This document shows, piece after piece, positions 25,037-36,254 of a stretch of DNA of 64,000 bases. The DNA is from Eledone cirrhosa. Taxonomy: Eukaryota. A program made the translations under genes and the position numbers. Under the pieces are notes generated by a model, which was not told the DNA's origin, ran no database searches, and saw only the letters and a list, made by a program, of their open reading frames with translations. The stretch's first letter is position 1. Each line of letters starts with the position of its first letter. The DNA lies in assembly GCA_964016885.1 (NCBI GenBank), contig OZ024751.1, positions 20,894,001-20,958,000 on the forward strand. The letters run 5' to 3'.

Positions 25037-28000
25037 TTGAGAGTTGGCTGTTTGAACGCGCGTGGCCTGAGCTCAGCTTGGAAGCAAGCAAAGCTTCTAA
25101 GTGACCTCAGGTCACAAAGTATAGATGTGATGGTTGTTTGCGAGAGTCGGATCAGCAGCGTGAGACAGCTGGCGCCCGCCTTCGATGACTTTGAGATGCA
25201 CGCATCTCTCTGTCAACCCGGAGGCGGGGGGGGAGTTGCCGTACTGCTGGATAAACGTCTGACTCTCAACGTACAGATTGTTCACTCGGACCCGGGGGGT
25301 CGATTACTGGTGCTGGACGTCGGAGGTGGTGAAGGCGGGGCTTTCAGACTGGTCGGTCTTTATGCTCCCTTCGGGGCGGAGAGAGCCGACTTCTTCCAAC
25401 GTCTGGAGACTTTTCTAGGAACGTCGCGTTCCCTGCTTTTAGTGGGGGACTGGAATGGAATCCTAGATGCGCGTTGGGACTATGCAGGGGCATGTCCCGA
25501 TAGAGGGGGGTGTAGCAGCCTCAAGGGGTTACTCGATCGATTCGACCTGGTCGATAGATTTCGACTAGATTGTCCAACTGCGCCAACCTGGACCTGGGCA
25601 AACCGCAGTGGACAATCTAGATCGTACCTAGATAGGTTTTTGGTTAGGAGTAAGGATAGGGACGTATTTAGTTGTCCAGAACTGATCATGGTTGGCTATT
25701 CAGATCACAAATTAGTGACCTGCGTGGTCAACCTTGATAGAACGCATAGACAGGGTCCCGGTTACTGGAAGATGAACTTGTCCTTACCGACAAAGAAAGA
25801 TTACAGAAACCGGATTAGTAGCTTAGTTAAGATGCGGTTGACGGGAGCGATCGTCAACAGTAGGTGGTGGATATCTCTAAAGAGAGAGATTAGAGTAAGT
25901 TCGATAGGTTACAGTAAGGAACTAGCGGCGAATAGAAATAGGAGGGAAAGGGAGTTAACAGATAAACTAGAAGAGGCGATTAGGAGCGGAGACGTAGCCA
26001 GAGTGTTAGCGACGAGAACGGCATTGAGCCAGTTCTTTGACGCGAAGCACGAAGGCTGCGTTGTCCGAAGTAAAATACGTGCTTTAGGAAACGAGGGGAC
26101 CAAAGCTGTTAGCTGGGCCCGCGTGACAGAAGCCAAGAGTGGGATTAAATCCACCATTCGGTCTTTGCGAGACCAGGATGGACGGGTGATCCTTGAACCT
26201 GAGCGAATGTGCGAGACCTTTCAAAGGCACTTTGCTCGACTGTTCGGAGGTGGCGGGGGGCCGGACGGGGATGTGGACTTCGGTCCATACCTCGACGGTC
26301 TACCGCGTCTTTCGAGCGGCGAAGCGGAGTGCTGCGAAGGGCCAATCACAGCCACTGAAATCGGGGAAGCGCTCAGCCAATGCAGCAGACGCAAATCCCC
26401 GGGTCTCGATGGTCTACCATACGAACTTTATTTAGCTATGCCGGTCTTGTTCTCCGAACTCCTCGAGGCTGTCTATTGCAACTGGCAACAGAACGGGAGA
26501 ATTCCCTGTTCTGTGACCAAGGGCGTGGTCACGCTAGTGAGGAAGGACGAGAGCAAGGGGGACGACTTAAGTAACTTTAGGCCCATAACTCTGCTGAATG
26601 CAGAGTTACAGATTTTGGCCAAGGTGTTGGCGAAGAGGTTGGCGCTTGTGGTGGGTGGTTTGGTGGGAGACGCGCAGACATGCGCTATCCCGTCCAGGTC
26701 CATTCACGACAACCTCCACCTCATGCGATACATCATAGAGAGGGTTGGCTACGAACCCGGCTTTGGTGGGGCCCTGATCAACTTGGATCAATCTAAGGCG
26801 TTCGATAGGGTCGACCATGGTTACCTGGATGCGGTGCTAGCGGCGGCGGGCTTCGGACCCGTTTTCAGGGGCTGGATTTCTGCCATGCACAGTGGCAACA
26901 TCTACTCTAGGATTAAAGTAAACGGCTACCTCTCGGAGCCGTTTCAAATCACCCGATCCATCAGACAGGGGTGCCCCCTCTCCTCCCTTCTGTACGTATT
27001 GACTCTCGAGCCACTGCTGCGGAAGTTGGAGTTGCTGCGGGGCATACCCCTGGAACCGGGATTGCACAAAGCGGTCTCGGCCTATGCCGACGACGTAACA
27101 GTAATGGTGGCGGACGCCTCGGAAATCGGGGCGATCGCCACCCTACTGGAGGAATACGAAAGGCTGACGGGGGCTAAGCTGAACCAGGACAAGTCAGTCG
27201 GTTTGCAACTCGGAACGTGGAGGGGCAAACCGATGCCGTTAGACGGTGTCGTCGGGCGGTGGACGGAGGGCCCGGTGAAGCTGCTCGGGGTCTGGTTCGG
27301 ACCGGACCTCCAGGTGGAGAAGAATTGGGGCGAGGTGACGAGCAGGGTGTTTGCGCTGACCCAGAAGTGGGCCAAGTGCAAACTATCACTGAAAGGTCGG
27401 GCGGAGGTGACGAACGCTTACATAGCGTCCGTCATCTACTACCGCCTGACCGTCGTGCCTTGCCCCAAGGAAAAGCTCACCATCATGGAACGCATGCTCT
27501 TCCAGTTCCTCTGGAAGAAGCGGCCTCCCATGGTGAGGAGATCCATCTGCTGCCAGCACCCTTCGAAAGGAGGGCTGGGTATGCCGTGGCTGTTGATGCG
27601 TAGGCACGCATTGAGGCTACGGCATCTACAGGTATTCCTCAACGGTCAGCCGGTGTGGGCCCCGTTTGTGAGGCGAGCCTTCCCACAGCTCGTCTCGCTC
27701 ACCGAACTGCAATCCTGGGTGAAGCAAAGACCGAGAAAACTGGGCAACTGGCACACTGAGTGTGCCCAGGCGCTCACGGCTATCTGGCAAGCGGACCCGA
27801 CTGTCAGTGGAGAATCCACCTCGACATTCTATAGAGGGTTGGTGGCTAGCAGGGGCGACGACACCCTTGGAGAGTCGCTAGGCATGGAGGAGGACGAACT
27901 GGCCAGCCTGTTCGGTAGAACTTTCGGCCCGGGACCCATGGACAACTTCCAGAGGTCCCTAGCCTGGCAGTGTTACCGGGGGGCTCTGCCCGTTCGAGAA

Positions 28001-28465
28001 AAGCTCTACAGACACGGGCGCCCGGGCAGGGATCCCGCGAAAAAGATCTGTCCCAGATGCGTGCGCGACGAGGAAACCGTTGCGCATGCACTGGTACACT
28101 GCCCGGGCGTTGCCGATCTGTGGGGCTACGTCGAACGACTGCTGTCGCGTGTGGCGCCGATTCGATTAACCGCCGAGTCTGTGGTGAACATCAAGCCGCC
28201 TCCTCCCTTCAGAAATGAAGCAGAGGCGGTCTTTCTGTGCGTAATAGCCATGATGAAAGAGGTTGTGTGGTGGACGCGCCTGAAAGGTCTGAGGTCGGGT
28301 GACTTTCTCTCCGGCCATCACCTGGTTTACTTCTTCCGATACCACTTCGGAAGAAGAATCAGGATGGAGAGAGAAGTGCTTGGTCCCAGACAGTTTTATG
28401 AAAGGTGGGTGAAAGAAGCGAGAATGGCCCGTGTAAATGGGCCTTCTCTCTACATTGTTCTGTAG
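25037..28465 (+). CDS. ORF2p APE endonuclease / reverse transcriptase / C-terminal zinc knuckle
   Basis: EN motifs CLNARG, VCE, GDWN, YLDRF, SDH; RT motifs DQSKAFDRV, RQGCPLS, YADD; CPRC...ETVAHALVHC; first codon is TTG. Confidence 0.95.
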   Translation: MRVGCLNARGLSSAWKQAKLLSDLRSQSIDVMVVCESRISSVRQLAPAFDDFEMHASLCQPGGGGGVAVLLDKRLTLNVQIVHSDPGGRLLVLDVGGGEGGAFRLVGLYAPFGAERADFFQRLETFLGTSRSLLLVGDWNGILDARWDYAGACPDRGGCSSLKGLLDRFDLVDRFRLDCPTAPTWTWANRSGQSRSYLDRFLVRSKDRDVFSCPELIMVGYSDHKLVTCVVNLDRTHRQGPGYWKMNLSLPTKKDYRNRISSLVKMRLTGAIVNSRWWISLKREIRVSSIGYSKELAANRNRRERELTDKLEEAIRSGDVARVLATRTALSQFFDAKHEGCVVRSKIRALGNEGTKAVSWARVTEAKSGIKSTIRSLRDQDGRVILEPERMCETFQRHFARLFGGGGGPDGDVDFGPYLDGLPRLSSGEAECCEGPITATEIGEALSQCSRRKSPGLDGLPYELYLAMPVLFSELLEAVYCNWQQNGRIPCSVTKGVVTLVRKDESKGDDLSNFRPITLLNAELQILAKVLAKRLALVVGGLVGDAQTCAIPSRSIHDNLHLMRYIIERVGYEPGFGGALINLDQSKAFDRVDHGYLDAVLAAAGFGPVFRGWISAMHSGNIYSRIKVNGYLSEPFQITRSIRQGCPLSSLLYVLTLEPLLRKLELLRGIPLEPGLHKAVSAYADDVTVMVADASEIGAIATLLEEYERLTGAKLNQDKSVGLQLGTWRGKPMPLDGVVGRWTEGPVKLLGVWFGPDLQVEKNWGEVTSRVFALTQKWAKCKLSLKGRAEVTNAYIASVIYYRLTVVPCPKEKLTIMERMLFQFLWKKRPPMVRRSICCQHPSKGGLGMPWLLMRRHALRLRHLQVFLNGQPVWAPFVRRAFPQLVSLTELQSWVKQRPRKLGNWHTECAQALTAIWQADPTVSGESTSTFYRGLVASRGDDTLGESLGMEEDELASLFGRTFGPGPMDNFQRSLAWQCYRGALPVREKLYRHGRPGRDPAKKICPRCVRDEETVAHALVHCPGVADLWGYVERLLSRVAPIRLTAESVVNIKPPPPFRNEAEAVFLCVIAMMKEVVWWTRLKGLRSGDFLSGHHLVYFFRYHFGRRIRMEREVLGPRQFYERWVKEARMARVNGPSLYIVL

Positions 28466-28696
28466 GTGAAGAAGTGAAGAGGAAAGGGGGAGCGCCTCCT
28501 CTCTGGGCTTCCCCCGCGAAAAGAGTTGCACACTTTTCGGGGGTATGTGCAATCCCCAACACGCCCCCTCCCTTTTGAGGACTTTTTATTGTTATATTAT
28601 TATTGTTATTCCTTTTTTCTTTACTCGATTTATGTAAACTCCCCCACTGTGTAAATGTCCCCTTCTTTTGTGCCCTCGTGGCAAATAAATAGAAAT

Positions 28697-28697
<1 letters not shown>

Positions 28698-28766
<69 letters not shown>

Positions 28767-28780
28767 GTCTGTCTATCTAT
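28698..28780. repeat. (TATC)n tail/target tract
   Basis: Direct inspection. Confidence 0.95.
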
Positions 28781-29160
28781 ATATTTATCTATCTCATATT
28801 ATTTTCTCTTTCCCTCTCCCACTGTACTATTAATGCCCTCCTCCATCTCTCTCTCTCTCTCTCTCCCCTCCTTTCATGCACTCGTACACACTTCTATAAC
28901 AGTACATTGACACTGATGCGTGAATGAATAAATGAATGAATGAACGAATCCATCCATACATACACACACATACATACGTACATGCATACATACATATACA
29001 CACAAACATACATACATACACACATACATACATACATATATGCATACATACACACAAATATATGTGTGTATATATGCATTTATATATATATGTATATATA
29101 TTTATATATATATATCTACATATATATATATGTCACTCTCTCACACACTCTCTCTTTATG

Positions 29161-29208
<48 letters not shown>

Positions 29209-29389
29209 CATATGTATATGTACGCACTCACACACATATATATACACATATATATATATATATATACATACATATACATATATACACATACACACACACA
29301 CACACACATATATATATGTATACATACATACACATATATACACATAGACACATATATGTATGTCTTCGAATATATATATATATATATAT

Positions 29390-29442
<53 letters not shown>

Positions 29443-29607
29443 CATATGTATATGTACGCACTCACACACATATATATACACATATATATATATATATACA
29501 TACACATACATATATACACATACACGCACACACACACATATATATATATATGTATACATACATACACATATATACACATAGACACATATATGTATGTCTT
29601 CGAATAT

Positions 29608-29678
<71 letters not shown>

Positions 29679-30093
29679 CATATACACAAATATACTTACA
29701 CACATATATGTATATTTACGAAGAGTTATATATATTGAAATCAGTGTTATTATTCCATTGTTCGCCAATACTATTCAGTGAGCCAGAAAAAAGATTCACG
29801 AAACACCATTCCACAAATAGATTGATTAGAGTGAAGCCGTCGTCATCCATATTGTCTTTTCCGATCTAAAACCACTGACCAATTGTCCATGTAGATCAGA
29901 GATGCTTTATGATCTCGTTGAATGCGGGGCTGGGAAAGTACGTTATGATCTCATGTGAGAGGATATCTAGTAAAGGAACTTGGACTAATAGTTCAAGTGT
30001 GATGGTTCTCATTATATATATATATACATATATATAATAAGGGTTGACGGACCCAGCATATTTATCAATGCTCCAGGAGCACCAAGAGTGAGT

Positions 30094-30178
30094 ACTACCT
30101 TTCCTCTCTCCCTCTTTTTTCCTCAACCTACAGGCTTATATTGAGAGAAGGCCCAACCACTCGGGCCATCTTTGATCA
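30094..30178 (-). mobile_element. Short remnant of the older Tx1 subfamily (ORF2 end/3' UTR start)
   Basis: Minus strand encodes SKMARVVGPSLNISL* versus ARMARVNGPSLYIVL* in the young family; matches 22694-22762. Confidence 0.75.
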
Positions 30179-30327
30179 ATAGATAAATAGATAGATAGGT
30201 AGGTAGATAGTAGATAGTAGATAGATAGATAGATAGATAGTAGATAGATAGATAGATAGATAGATAGTAGATAGATAGATAGATAGATAGTAGATAGATA
30301 GATAGATAGATAGATAGTAGATAGATA
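30179..30327. repeat. (GATA)n tract with GTA interruptions
   Basis: Direct inspection. Confidence 0.95.
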
Positions 30328-30559
30328 AATTTCTATTTATTTGCCACGAGGGCACAAAAGAAGGGGACATTTACACAGTGGGGGAGTTTACATAAATCGA
30401 GTAAAGAAAAAAGGAATAACAATAATAATATAACAATAAAAAGTCCTCAAAAGGGAGGGGGCGTGTTGGGGATTGCACATACCCCCGAAAAGTGTGCAAC
30501 TCTTTTCGCGGGGGAAGCCCAGAGAGGAGGCGCTCCCCCTTTCCTCTTCACTTCTTCAC

Positions 30560-33500
30560 CTACAGAACAATGTAGAGAGAAGGCCCATTTACACGGGCCA
30601 TTCTCGCTTCTTTCACCCACCTTTCATAAAACTGTCTGGGACCAAGCACTTCTCTCTCCATCCTGATTCTTCTTCCGAAGTGGTATCGGAAGAAGTAAAC
30701 CAGGTGATGGCCGGAGAGAAAGTCACCCGACCTCAGACCTTTCAGGCGCGTCCACCACACAACCTCTTTCATCATGGCTATTACGCACAGAAAGACCGCC
30801 TCTGCTTCATTTCTGAAGGGAGGAGGCGGCTTGATGTTCACCACAGACTCGGCGGTTAATCGAATCGGCGCCACACGCGACAGCAGTCGTTCGACGTAGC
30901 CCCACAGATCGGCAACGCCCGGGCAGTGTACCAGTGCATGCGCAACGGTTTCCTCGTCGCGCACGCATCTGGGACAGATCTTTTTCGCGGGATCCCTGCC
31001 CGGGCGCCCGTGTCTGTAGAGCTTTTCTCGAACGGGCAGAGCCCCCCGGTAACACTGCCAGGCTAGGGACCTCTGGAAGTTGTCCATGGGTCCCGGGCCG
31101 AAAGTTCTACCGAACAGGCTGGCCAGTTCGTCCTCCTCCATGCCTAGCGACTCTCCAAGGGTGTCGTCGCCCCTGCTAGCCACCAACCCTCTATAGAATG
31201 TCGAGGTGGATTCTCCACTGACAGTCGGGTCCGCTTGCCAGATAGCCGTGAGCGCCTGGGCACACTCAGTGTGCCAGTTGCCCAGTTTTCTCGGTCTTTG
31301 CTTCACCCAGGATTGCAGTTCGGTGAGCGAGACGAGCTGTGGGAAGGCTCGCCTCACAAACGGGGCCCACACCGGCTGACCGTTGAGGAATACCTGTAGA
31401 TGCCGTAGCCTCAATGCGTGCCTACGCATCAACAGCCACGGCATACCCAGCCCTCCTTTCGAAGGGTGCTGGCAGCAGATGGATCTCCTCACCATGGGAG
31501 GCCGCTTCTTCCAGAGGAACTGGAAGAGCATGCGTTCCATGATGGTGAGCTTTTCCTTGGGGCAAGGCACGACGGTCAGGCGGTAGTAGATGACGGACGC
31601 TATGTAAGCGTTCGTCACCTCCGCCCGACCTTTCAGTGATAGTTTGCACTTGGCCCACTTCTGGGTCAGCGCAAACACCCTGCTCGTCACCTCGCCCCAA
31701 TTCTTCTCCACCTGGAGGTCCGGTCCGAACCAGACCCCGAGCAGCTTCACCGGGCCCTCCGTCCACCGCCCGACGACACCGTCTAACGGCATCGGTTTGC
31801 CCCTCCACGTTCCGAGTTGCAAACCGACTGACTTGTCCTGGTTCAGCTTAGCCCCCGTCAGCCTTTCGTATTCCTCCAGTAGGGTGGCGATCGCCCCGAT
31901 TTCCGAGGCGTCCGCCACCATTACTGTTACGTCGTCGGCATAGGCCGAGACCGCTTTGTGCAATCCCGGTTCCAGGGGTATGCCCCGCAGCAACTCCAAC
32001 TTCCGCAGCAGTGGCTCGAGAGTCAATACGTACAGAAGGGAGGAGAGGGGGCACCCCTGTCTGATGGATCGGGTGATTTGAAACGGCTCCGAGAGGTAGC
32101 CGTTTACTTTAATCCTAGAGTAGATGTTGCCACTGTGCATGGCAGAAATCCAGCCCCTGAAAACGGGTCCGAAGCCCGCCGCCGCTAGCACCGCATCCAG
32201 GTAACCATGGTCGACCCTATCGAACGCCTTAGATTGATCCAAGTTGATCAGGGCCCCACCAAAGCCGGGTTCGTAGCCAACCCTCTCTATGATGTATCGC
32301 ATGAGGTGGAGGTTGTCGTGAATGGACCTGGACGGGATAGCGCATGTCTGCGCGTCTCCCACCAAACCACCCACCACAAGCGCCAACCTCTTCGTCAACA
32401 CCTTGGCCAAAATCTGTAACTCTGCATTCAGCAGAGTTATGGGCCTAAAGTTACTTAAGTCGTCCCCCTTGCTCTCGTCCTTCCTCACTAGCGTGACCAC
32501 GCCCTTGGTCACAGAACAGGGAATTCTCCCGTTCTGTTGCCAGTTGCAATAGACAGCCTCGAGGAGTTCGGAGAACAAGACCGGCATAGCTAAATAAAGT
32601 TCGTATGGTAGACCATCGAGACCCGGGGATTTGCGTCTGCTGCATTGGCTGAGCGCTTCCCCGATTTCAGTGGCTGTGATTGGCCCTTCGCAGCACTCCG
32701 CTTCGCCGCTCGAAAGACGCGGTAGACCGTCGAGGTATGGACCGAAGTCCACATCCCCGTCCGGCCCCCCGCCACCTCCGAACAGTCGAGCAAAGTGCCT
32801 TTGAAAGGTCTCGCACATTCGCTCAGGTTCAAGGATCACCCGTCCATCCTGGTCTCGCAAAGACCGAATGGTGGATTTAATCCCACTCTTGGCTTCTGTC
32901 ACGCGGGCCCAGCTAACAGCTTTGGTCCCCTCGTTTCCTAAAGCACGTATTTTACTTCGGACAACGCAGCCTTCGTGCTTCGCGTCAAAGAACTGGCTCA
33001 ATGCCGTTCTCGTCGCTAACACTCTGGCTACGTCTCCGCTCCTAATCGCCTCTTCTAGTTTATCTGTTAACTCCCTTTCCCTCCTATTTCTATTCGCCGC
33101 TAGTTCCTTACTGTAACCTATCGAACTTACTCTAATCTCTCTCTTTAGAGATATCCACCACCTACTGTTGACGATCGCTCCCGTCAACCGCATCTTAACT
33201 AAGCTACTAATCCGGTTTCTGTAATCTTTCTTTGTCGGTAAGGACAAGTTCATCTTCCAGTAACCAGGACCCTGTCTATGCGTTCTATCAAGGTTGACCA
33301 CGCAGGTCACTAATTTGTGATCTGAATAGCCAACCATGATCAGTTCTGGACAACTAAATACGTCCCTATCCTTACTCCTAACCAAAAACCTATCTAGGTA
33401 CGATCTAGATTGTCCACTGCGGTTTGCCCAGGTCCAGGTTGGCGCAGTTGGACAATCTAGTCGAAATCTATCGACCAGGTCGAATCGATCGAGTAACCCC

Positions 33501-33988
33501 TTGAGGCTGCTACACCCCCCTCTATCGGGACATGCCCCTGCATAGTCCCAACGCGCATCTAGGATTCCATTCCAGTCCCCCACTAAAAGCAGGGAACGCG
33601 ACGTTCCTAGAAAAGTCTCCAGACGTTGGAAGAAGTCGGCTCTCTCCGCCCCGAAGGGAGCATAAAGACCGACCAGTCTGAAAGCCCCGCCTTCACCACC
33701 TCCGACGTCCAGCACCAGTAATCGACCCCCCGGGTCCGAGTGAACAATCTGTACGTCGAGAGTCAGACGTTTATCCAGCAGTACGGCAACTCCCCCCCCG
33801 CCTCCGGGTTGACAGAGAGATGCGTGCATCTCAAAGTCATCGAAGGCGGGCGCCAGCTGTCTCACGCTGCTGATCCGACTCTCGCAAACAACCATCACAT
33901 CTATACTTTGTGACCTGAGGTCACTTAGAAGCTTTGCTTGCTTCCAAGCTGAGCTCAGGCCACGCGCGTTCAAACAGCCAACTCTCAA
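30560..33988 (-). CDS. ORF2p EN-RT (copy 2)
   Basis: 1142 aa; visible differences from copy 1 are N to D (LTLD) and A to T (VLTKR). Confidence 0.95.
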   Translation of the reverse strand: MRVGCLNARGLSSAWKQAKLLSDLRSQSIDVMVVCESRISSVRQLAPAFDDFEMHASLCQPGGGGGVAVLLDKRLTLDVQIVHSDPGGRLLVLDVGGGEGGAFRLVGLYAPFGAERADFFQRLETFLGTSRSLLLVGDWNGILDARWDYAGACPDRGGCSSLKGLLDRFDLVDRFRLDCPTAPTWTWANRSGQSRSYLDRFLVRSKDRDVFSCPELIMVGYSDHKLVTCVVNLDRTHRQGPGYWKMNLSLPTKKDYRNRISSLVKMRLTGAIVNSRWWISLKREIRVSSIGYSKELAANRNRRERELTDKLEEAIRSGDVARVLATRTALSQFFDAKHEGCVVRSKIRALGNEGTKAVSWARVTEAKSGIKSTIRSLRDQDGRVILEPERMCETFQRHFARLFGGGGGPDGDVDFGPYLDGLPRLSSGEAECCEGPITATEIGEALSQCSRRKSPGLDGLPYELYLAMPVLFSELLEAVYCNWQQNGRIPCSVTKGVVTLVRKDESKGDDLSNFRPITLLNAELQILAKVLTKRLALVVGGLVGDAQTCAIPSRSIHDNLHLMRYIIERVGYEPGFGGALINLDQSKAFDRVDHGYLDAVLAAAGFGPVFRGWISAMHSGNIYSRIKVNGYLSEPFQITRSIRQGCPLSSLLYVLTLEPLLRKLELLRGIPLEPGLHKAVSAYADDVTVMVADASEIGAIATLLEEYERLTGAKLNQDKSVGLQLGTWRGKPMPLDGVVGRWTEGPVKLLGVWFGPDLQVEKNWGEVTSRVFALTQKWAKCKLSLKGRAEVTNAYIASVIYYRLTVVPCPKEKLTIMERMLFQFLWKKRPPMVRRSICCQHPSKGGLGMPWLLMRRHALRLRHLQVFLNGQPVWAPFVRRAFPQLVSLTELQSWVKQRPRKLGNWHTECAQALTAIWQADPTVSGESTSTFYRGLVASRGDDTLGESLGMEEDELASLFGRTFGPGPMDNFQRSLAWQCYRGALPVREKLYRHGRPGRDPAKKICPRCVRDEETVAHALVHCPGVADLWGYVERLLSRVAPIRLTAESVVNIKPPPPFRNEAEAVFLCVIAMMKEVVWWTRLKGLRSGDFLSGHHLVYFFRYHFGRRIRMEREVLGPRQFYERWVKEARMARVNGPSLYIVL

Positions 33989-33993
33989 TTGAT

Positions 33994-35829
33994 CTATTTT
34001 GGTGTTGAAAGTGAAGAAAGAAAAGCACTTACCTCTCCGGGTGGCGTAATTTCCATGGCATCAGGTGTGTTGGGTGGAGGGATGTTTTGTGGTGGTGTGG
34101 GGGTACACGTGTGTGGTGGGGTTGGGGTATTTGGAGTTGTGTCAGGGAGAGGGGCGGTTATGGGGAAATCTTTCAAGAGGACGCGATTCAACGGTTTTAA
34201 ACAGGGGGGGCTCACGTCCCGTCTAAATTGTTCTTTTAAGGAACGATAAAGGTCCAGAGGGACCTTTATCATTTTTAAATGGGTGAAGTTCTCTGTTGAG
34301 ATAAAGTTTGGCCCTTCGGTCTGCACCATAGGGTTATTGTTTATTAATTTAACCAGTTTTTTGTTTTCTTTATTTATATATGTGTATTGCAACGTCTTTT
34401 TTTGTGATGCTGTCAATGTTTCGGAGAGGGGAGGCGCAGATTTATTTTTGTTTGTTGAGGGTGGGGTGTTTTTGATTGGAGTTGGTGTTTGTGTGTGGGT
34501 TATTTGTGGTGTGCTGGGTGTGTGTTTTCTTTTTTTTCTTTTAACTTGTCTGAAGGCTTCTCCTCCTTCTTCTTCAGAAGTTGGGGGAAACTCTTCAGCG
34601 CTAGGTGGGAGGGACGTGTTGTGTGGTTGTTTTTTTTTTGCGGGAGGGGTAGATTTGTTACTGTTTTTTTTATTATTTGTTTGGAATGGGTTTTGTGGTG
34701 GTGGTGGTGGTAATGTTTGTGTCGTGCTTGTGGTTGGTAATGGTGGTGGTGATGTTTGTGTTGTGGTTGGTGGTGGTGATTTTTGTGTCGTGCTTGTGTT
34801 TGGTGCTGGTGGTGGTGATGTTTGTGTTGTGTTTGTGGTTGGTGGTGTCTGTATTTTGTTTGCTGTGTGTGGTATTAGTGTATTTTTGGAGGTGGGTGGT
34901 GCTGGTGTACTGTTTGTGGTGGGTGTGGGCAATAGTCCTTTTTGGGGGATACGTTTCGGGCAGTTAGCCTTAACGTGTCCCCTTTCCATGCATAAATAGC
35001 ATGCTGGTCTTCTCCCCTCTACAATTATGTCTATTGGGGTAAGGTCATCCAGCCAGATGCGATCCGGGATTTGTGCTATTCTTTCGGGCCTCATTTGGAC
35101 TAGTATGTCGAGGCCCATTCCCAGGAACGCATCTCCAGTTGCCTTCCCCATTGACAGCATAGTGTCTTCGCCCATATCAATGAAGCCAGCAATAGCCCAC
35201 CAGAAGTCCATTGTGGGCAGCATTGTTTTTACTTTTATTCTCTGAGTTCTTCTACCCATGTAGGAGGGATAGAAGCTATATGTTGTCGACGAGAGTGGGC
35301 TTAGGGAAAGCTGAACCGCCGTTTCTTTGTCTCTTGTTAGGACCGAAATGCTGCCATAGAGTCGGTCCTTTCGTATGAAGAGAATATTCTTCATATAGTC
35401 TTTTAGGACTAACTCTATTTCCATTTGGCTGGGCTGTGCTGGCTTTCTTGACTGGTTTAGTATAGTTCTGTATATAACTGTGTTTTCTGCTCTGGCTTTC
35501 TTGAATTCTGGGGGGGAGTTAATGGAAAACATTCCGTTTTCCCCCAAAACAATATGTTTCTTTGCTTCGGCCAGTTTTTCTCTGGCGGCAGTTAGGTCAA
35601 TTGGTGTGTATGTAATGGATTGCTTTGTTTTCTGGGCGAAAGTTGCCCTGTCGTTATTTGTATTATTTTCTGTTTGTTTGTTTTCTGTTTGCTCATTTTC
35701 CTTAACATTTGTTTTTTCATTTTGTTTGTTTGTTTCAATGTCTAATTTTGTTGTGATTATTTTTTGTTCTTCAGACTTGGGGGGCGTGGCAGAGCTAATG
35801 GCAGACATGTCTGCCATCTTTTCCGCCAT
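33994..35829 (-). CDS. ORF1p (copy 2)
   Basis: Same as copy 1 except EITPPG versus EITQPG. Confidence 0.9.
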   Translation of the reverse strand: MAEKMADMSAISSATPPKSEEQKIITTKLDIETNKQNEKTNVKENEQTENKQTENNTNNDRATFAQKTKQSITYTPIDLTAAREKLAEAKKHIVLGENGMFSINSPPEFKKARAENTVIYRTILNQSRKPAQPSQMEIELVLKDYMKNILFIRKDRLYGSISVLTRDKETAVQLSLSPLSSTTYSFYPSYMGRRTQRIKVKTMLPTMDFWWAIAGFIDMGEDTMLSMGKATGDAFLGMGLDILVQMRPERIAQIPDRIWLDDLTPIDIIVEGRRPACYLCMERGHVKANCPKRIPQKGLLPTPTTNSTPAPPTSKNTLIPHTANKIQTPPTTNTTQTSPPPAPNTSTTQKSPPPTTTQTSPPPLPTTSTTQTLPPPPPQNPFQTNNKKNSNKSTPPAKKKQPHNTSLPPSAEEFPPTSEEEGGEAFRQVKRKKRKHTPSTPQITHTQTPTPIKNTPPSTNKNKSAPPLSETLTASQKKTLQYTYINKENKKLVKLINNNPMVQTEGPNFISTENFTHLKMIKVPLDLYRSLKEQFRRDVSPPCLKPLNRVLLKDFPITAPLPDTTPNTPTPPHTCTPTPPQNIPPPNTPDAMEITPPGEVSAFLSSLSTPK

Positions 35830-36030
35830 GCTGCCAAGAAAGAAATTTTTCGGCAAAAATAGATATTTATTTTACCCCCTAAAAAGGGGGTAAATGCAAA
35901 AATGTTTCCCTAAATAACAGGGGTTAGTGTTCCAAATGTGTTGCACTAAAAAATTTATCCGGTACTTACAATAGTAAGGGTAAATCCCGATGGAATAGCG
36001 GAGCCGATGCGAAGCGTGTCTTACTCTATC

Positions 36031-36032
<2 letters not shown>

Positions 36033-36061
<29 letters not shown>

Positions 36062-36211
36062 TAGATATATAGATAGATAGATAGATAGATAGATAGTAGA
36101 TAGATAGATAGATAGATAGGTAGTAGATAGATAGATAGATAGATAGGTAGTAGATAGATAGGTAGATAGATAGATAGATAGTAGATAGTAGATAGATAGA
36201 TAGATAGATAG

Positions 36212-36254
<43 letters not shown>

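Larger units (their letters stand above)
22993..28697 (+). mobile_element. Full-length Tx1/L1-clade non-LTR retrotransposon, copy 1 (5705 bp)
   Basis: Two ORFs, 5' and 3' UTRs, flanked on both sides by (TATC)n; near-identical to copies 2 and 3. Confidence 0.95.
30328..36032 (-). mobile_element. Full-length Tx1-clade retrotransposon, copy 2 (5705 bp)
   Basis: Mirror image of copy 1 (coordinates sum to 59025); both ORFs intact. Confidence 0.95.

Noticed and set aside
25480-28562. Antisense and alternate-frame ORFs within ORF2 (and mirrors in copies 2 and 3)
   Set aside because: Expected by chance in GC-rich coding DNA; no motifs; repeated only because the element is repeated
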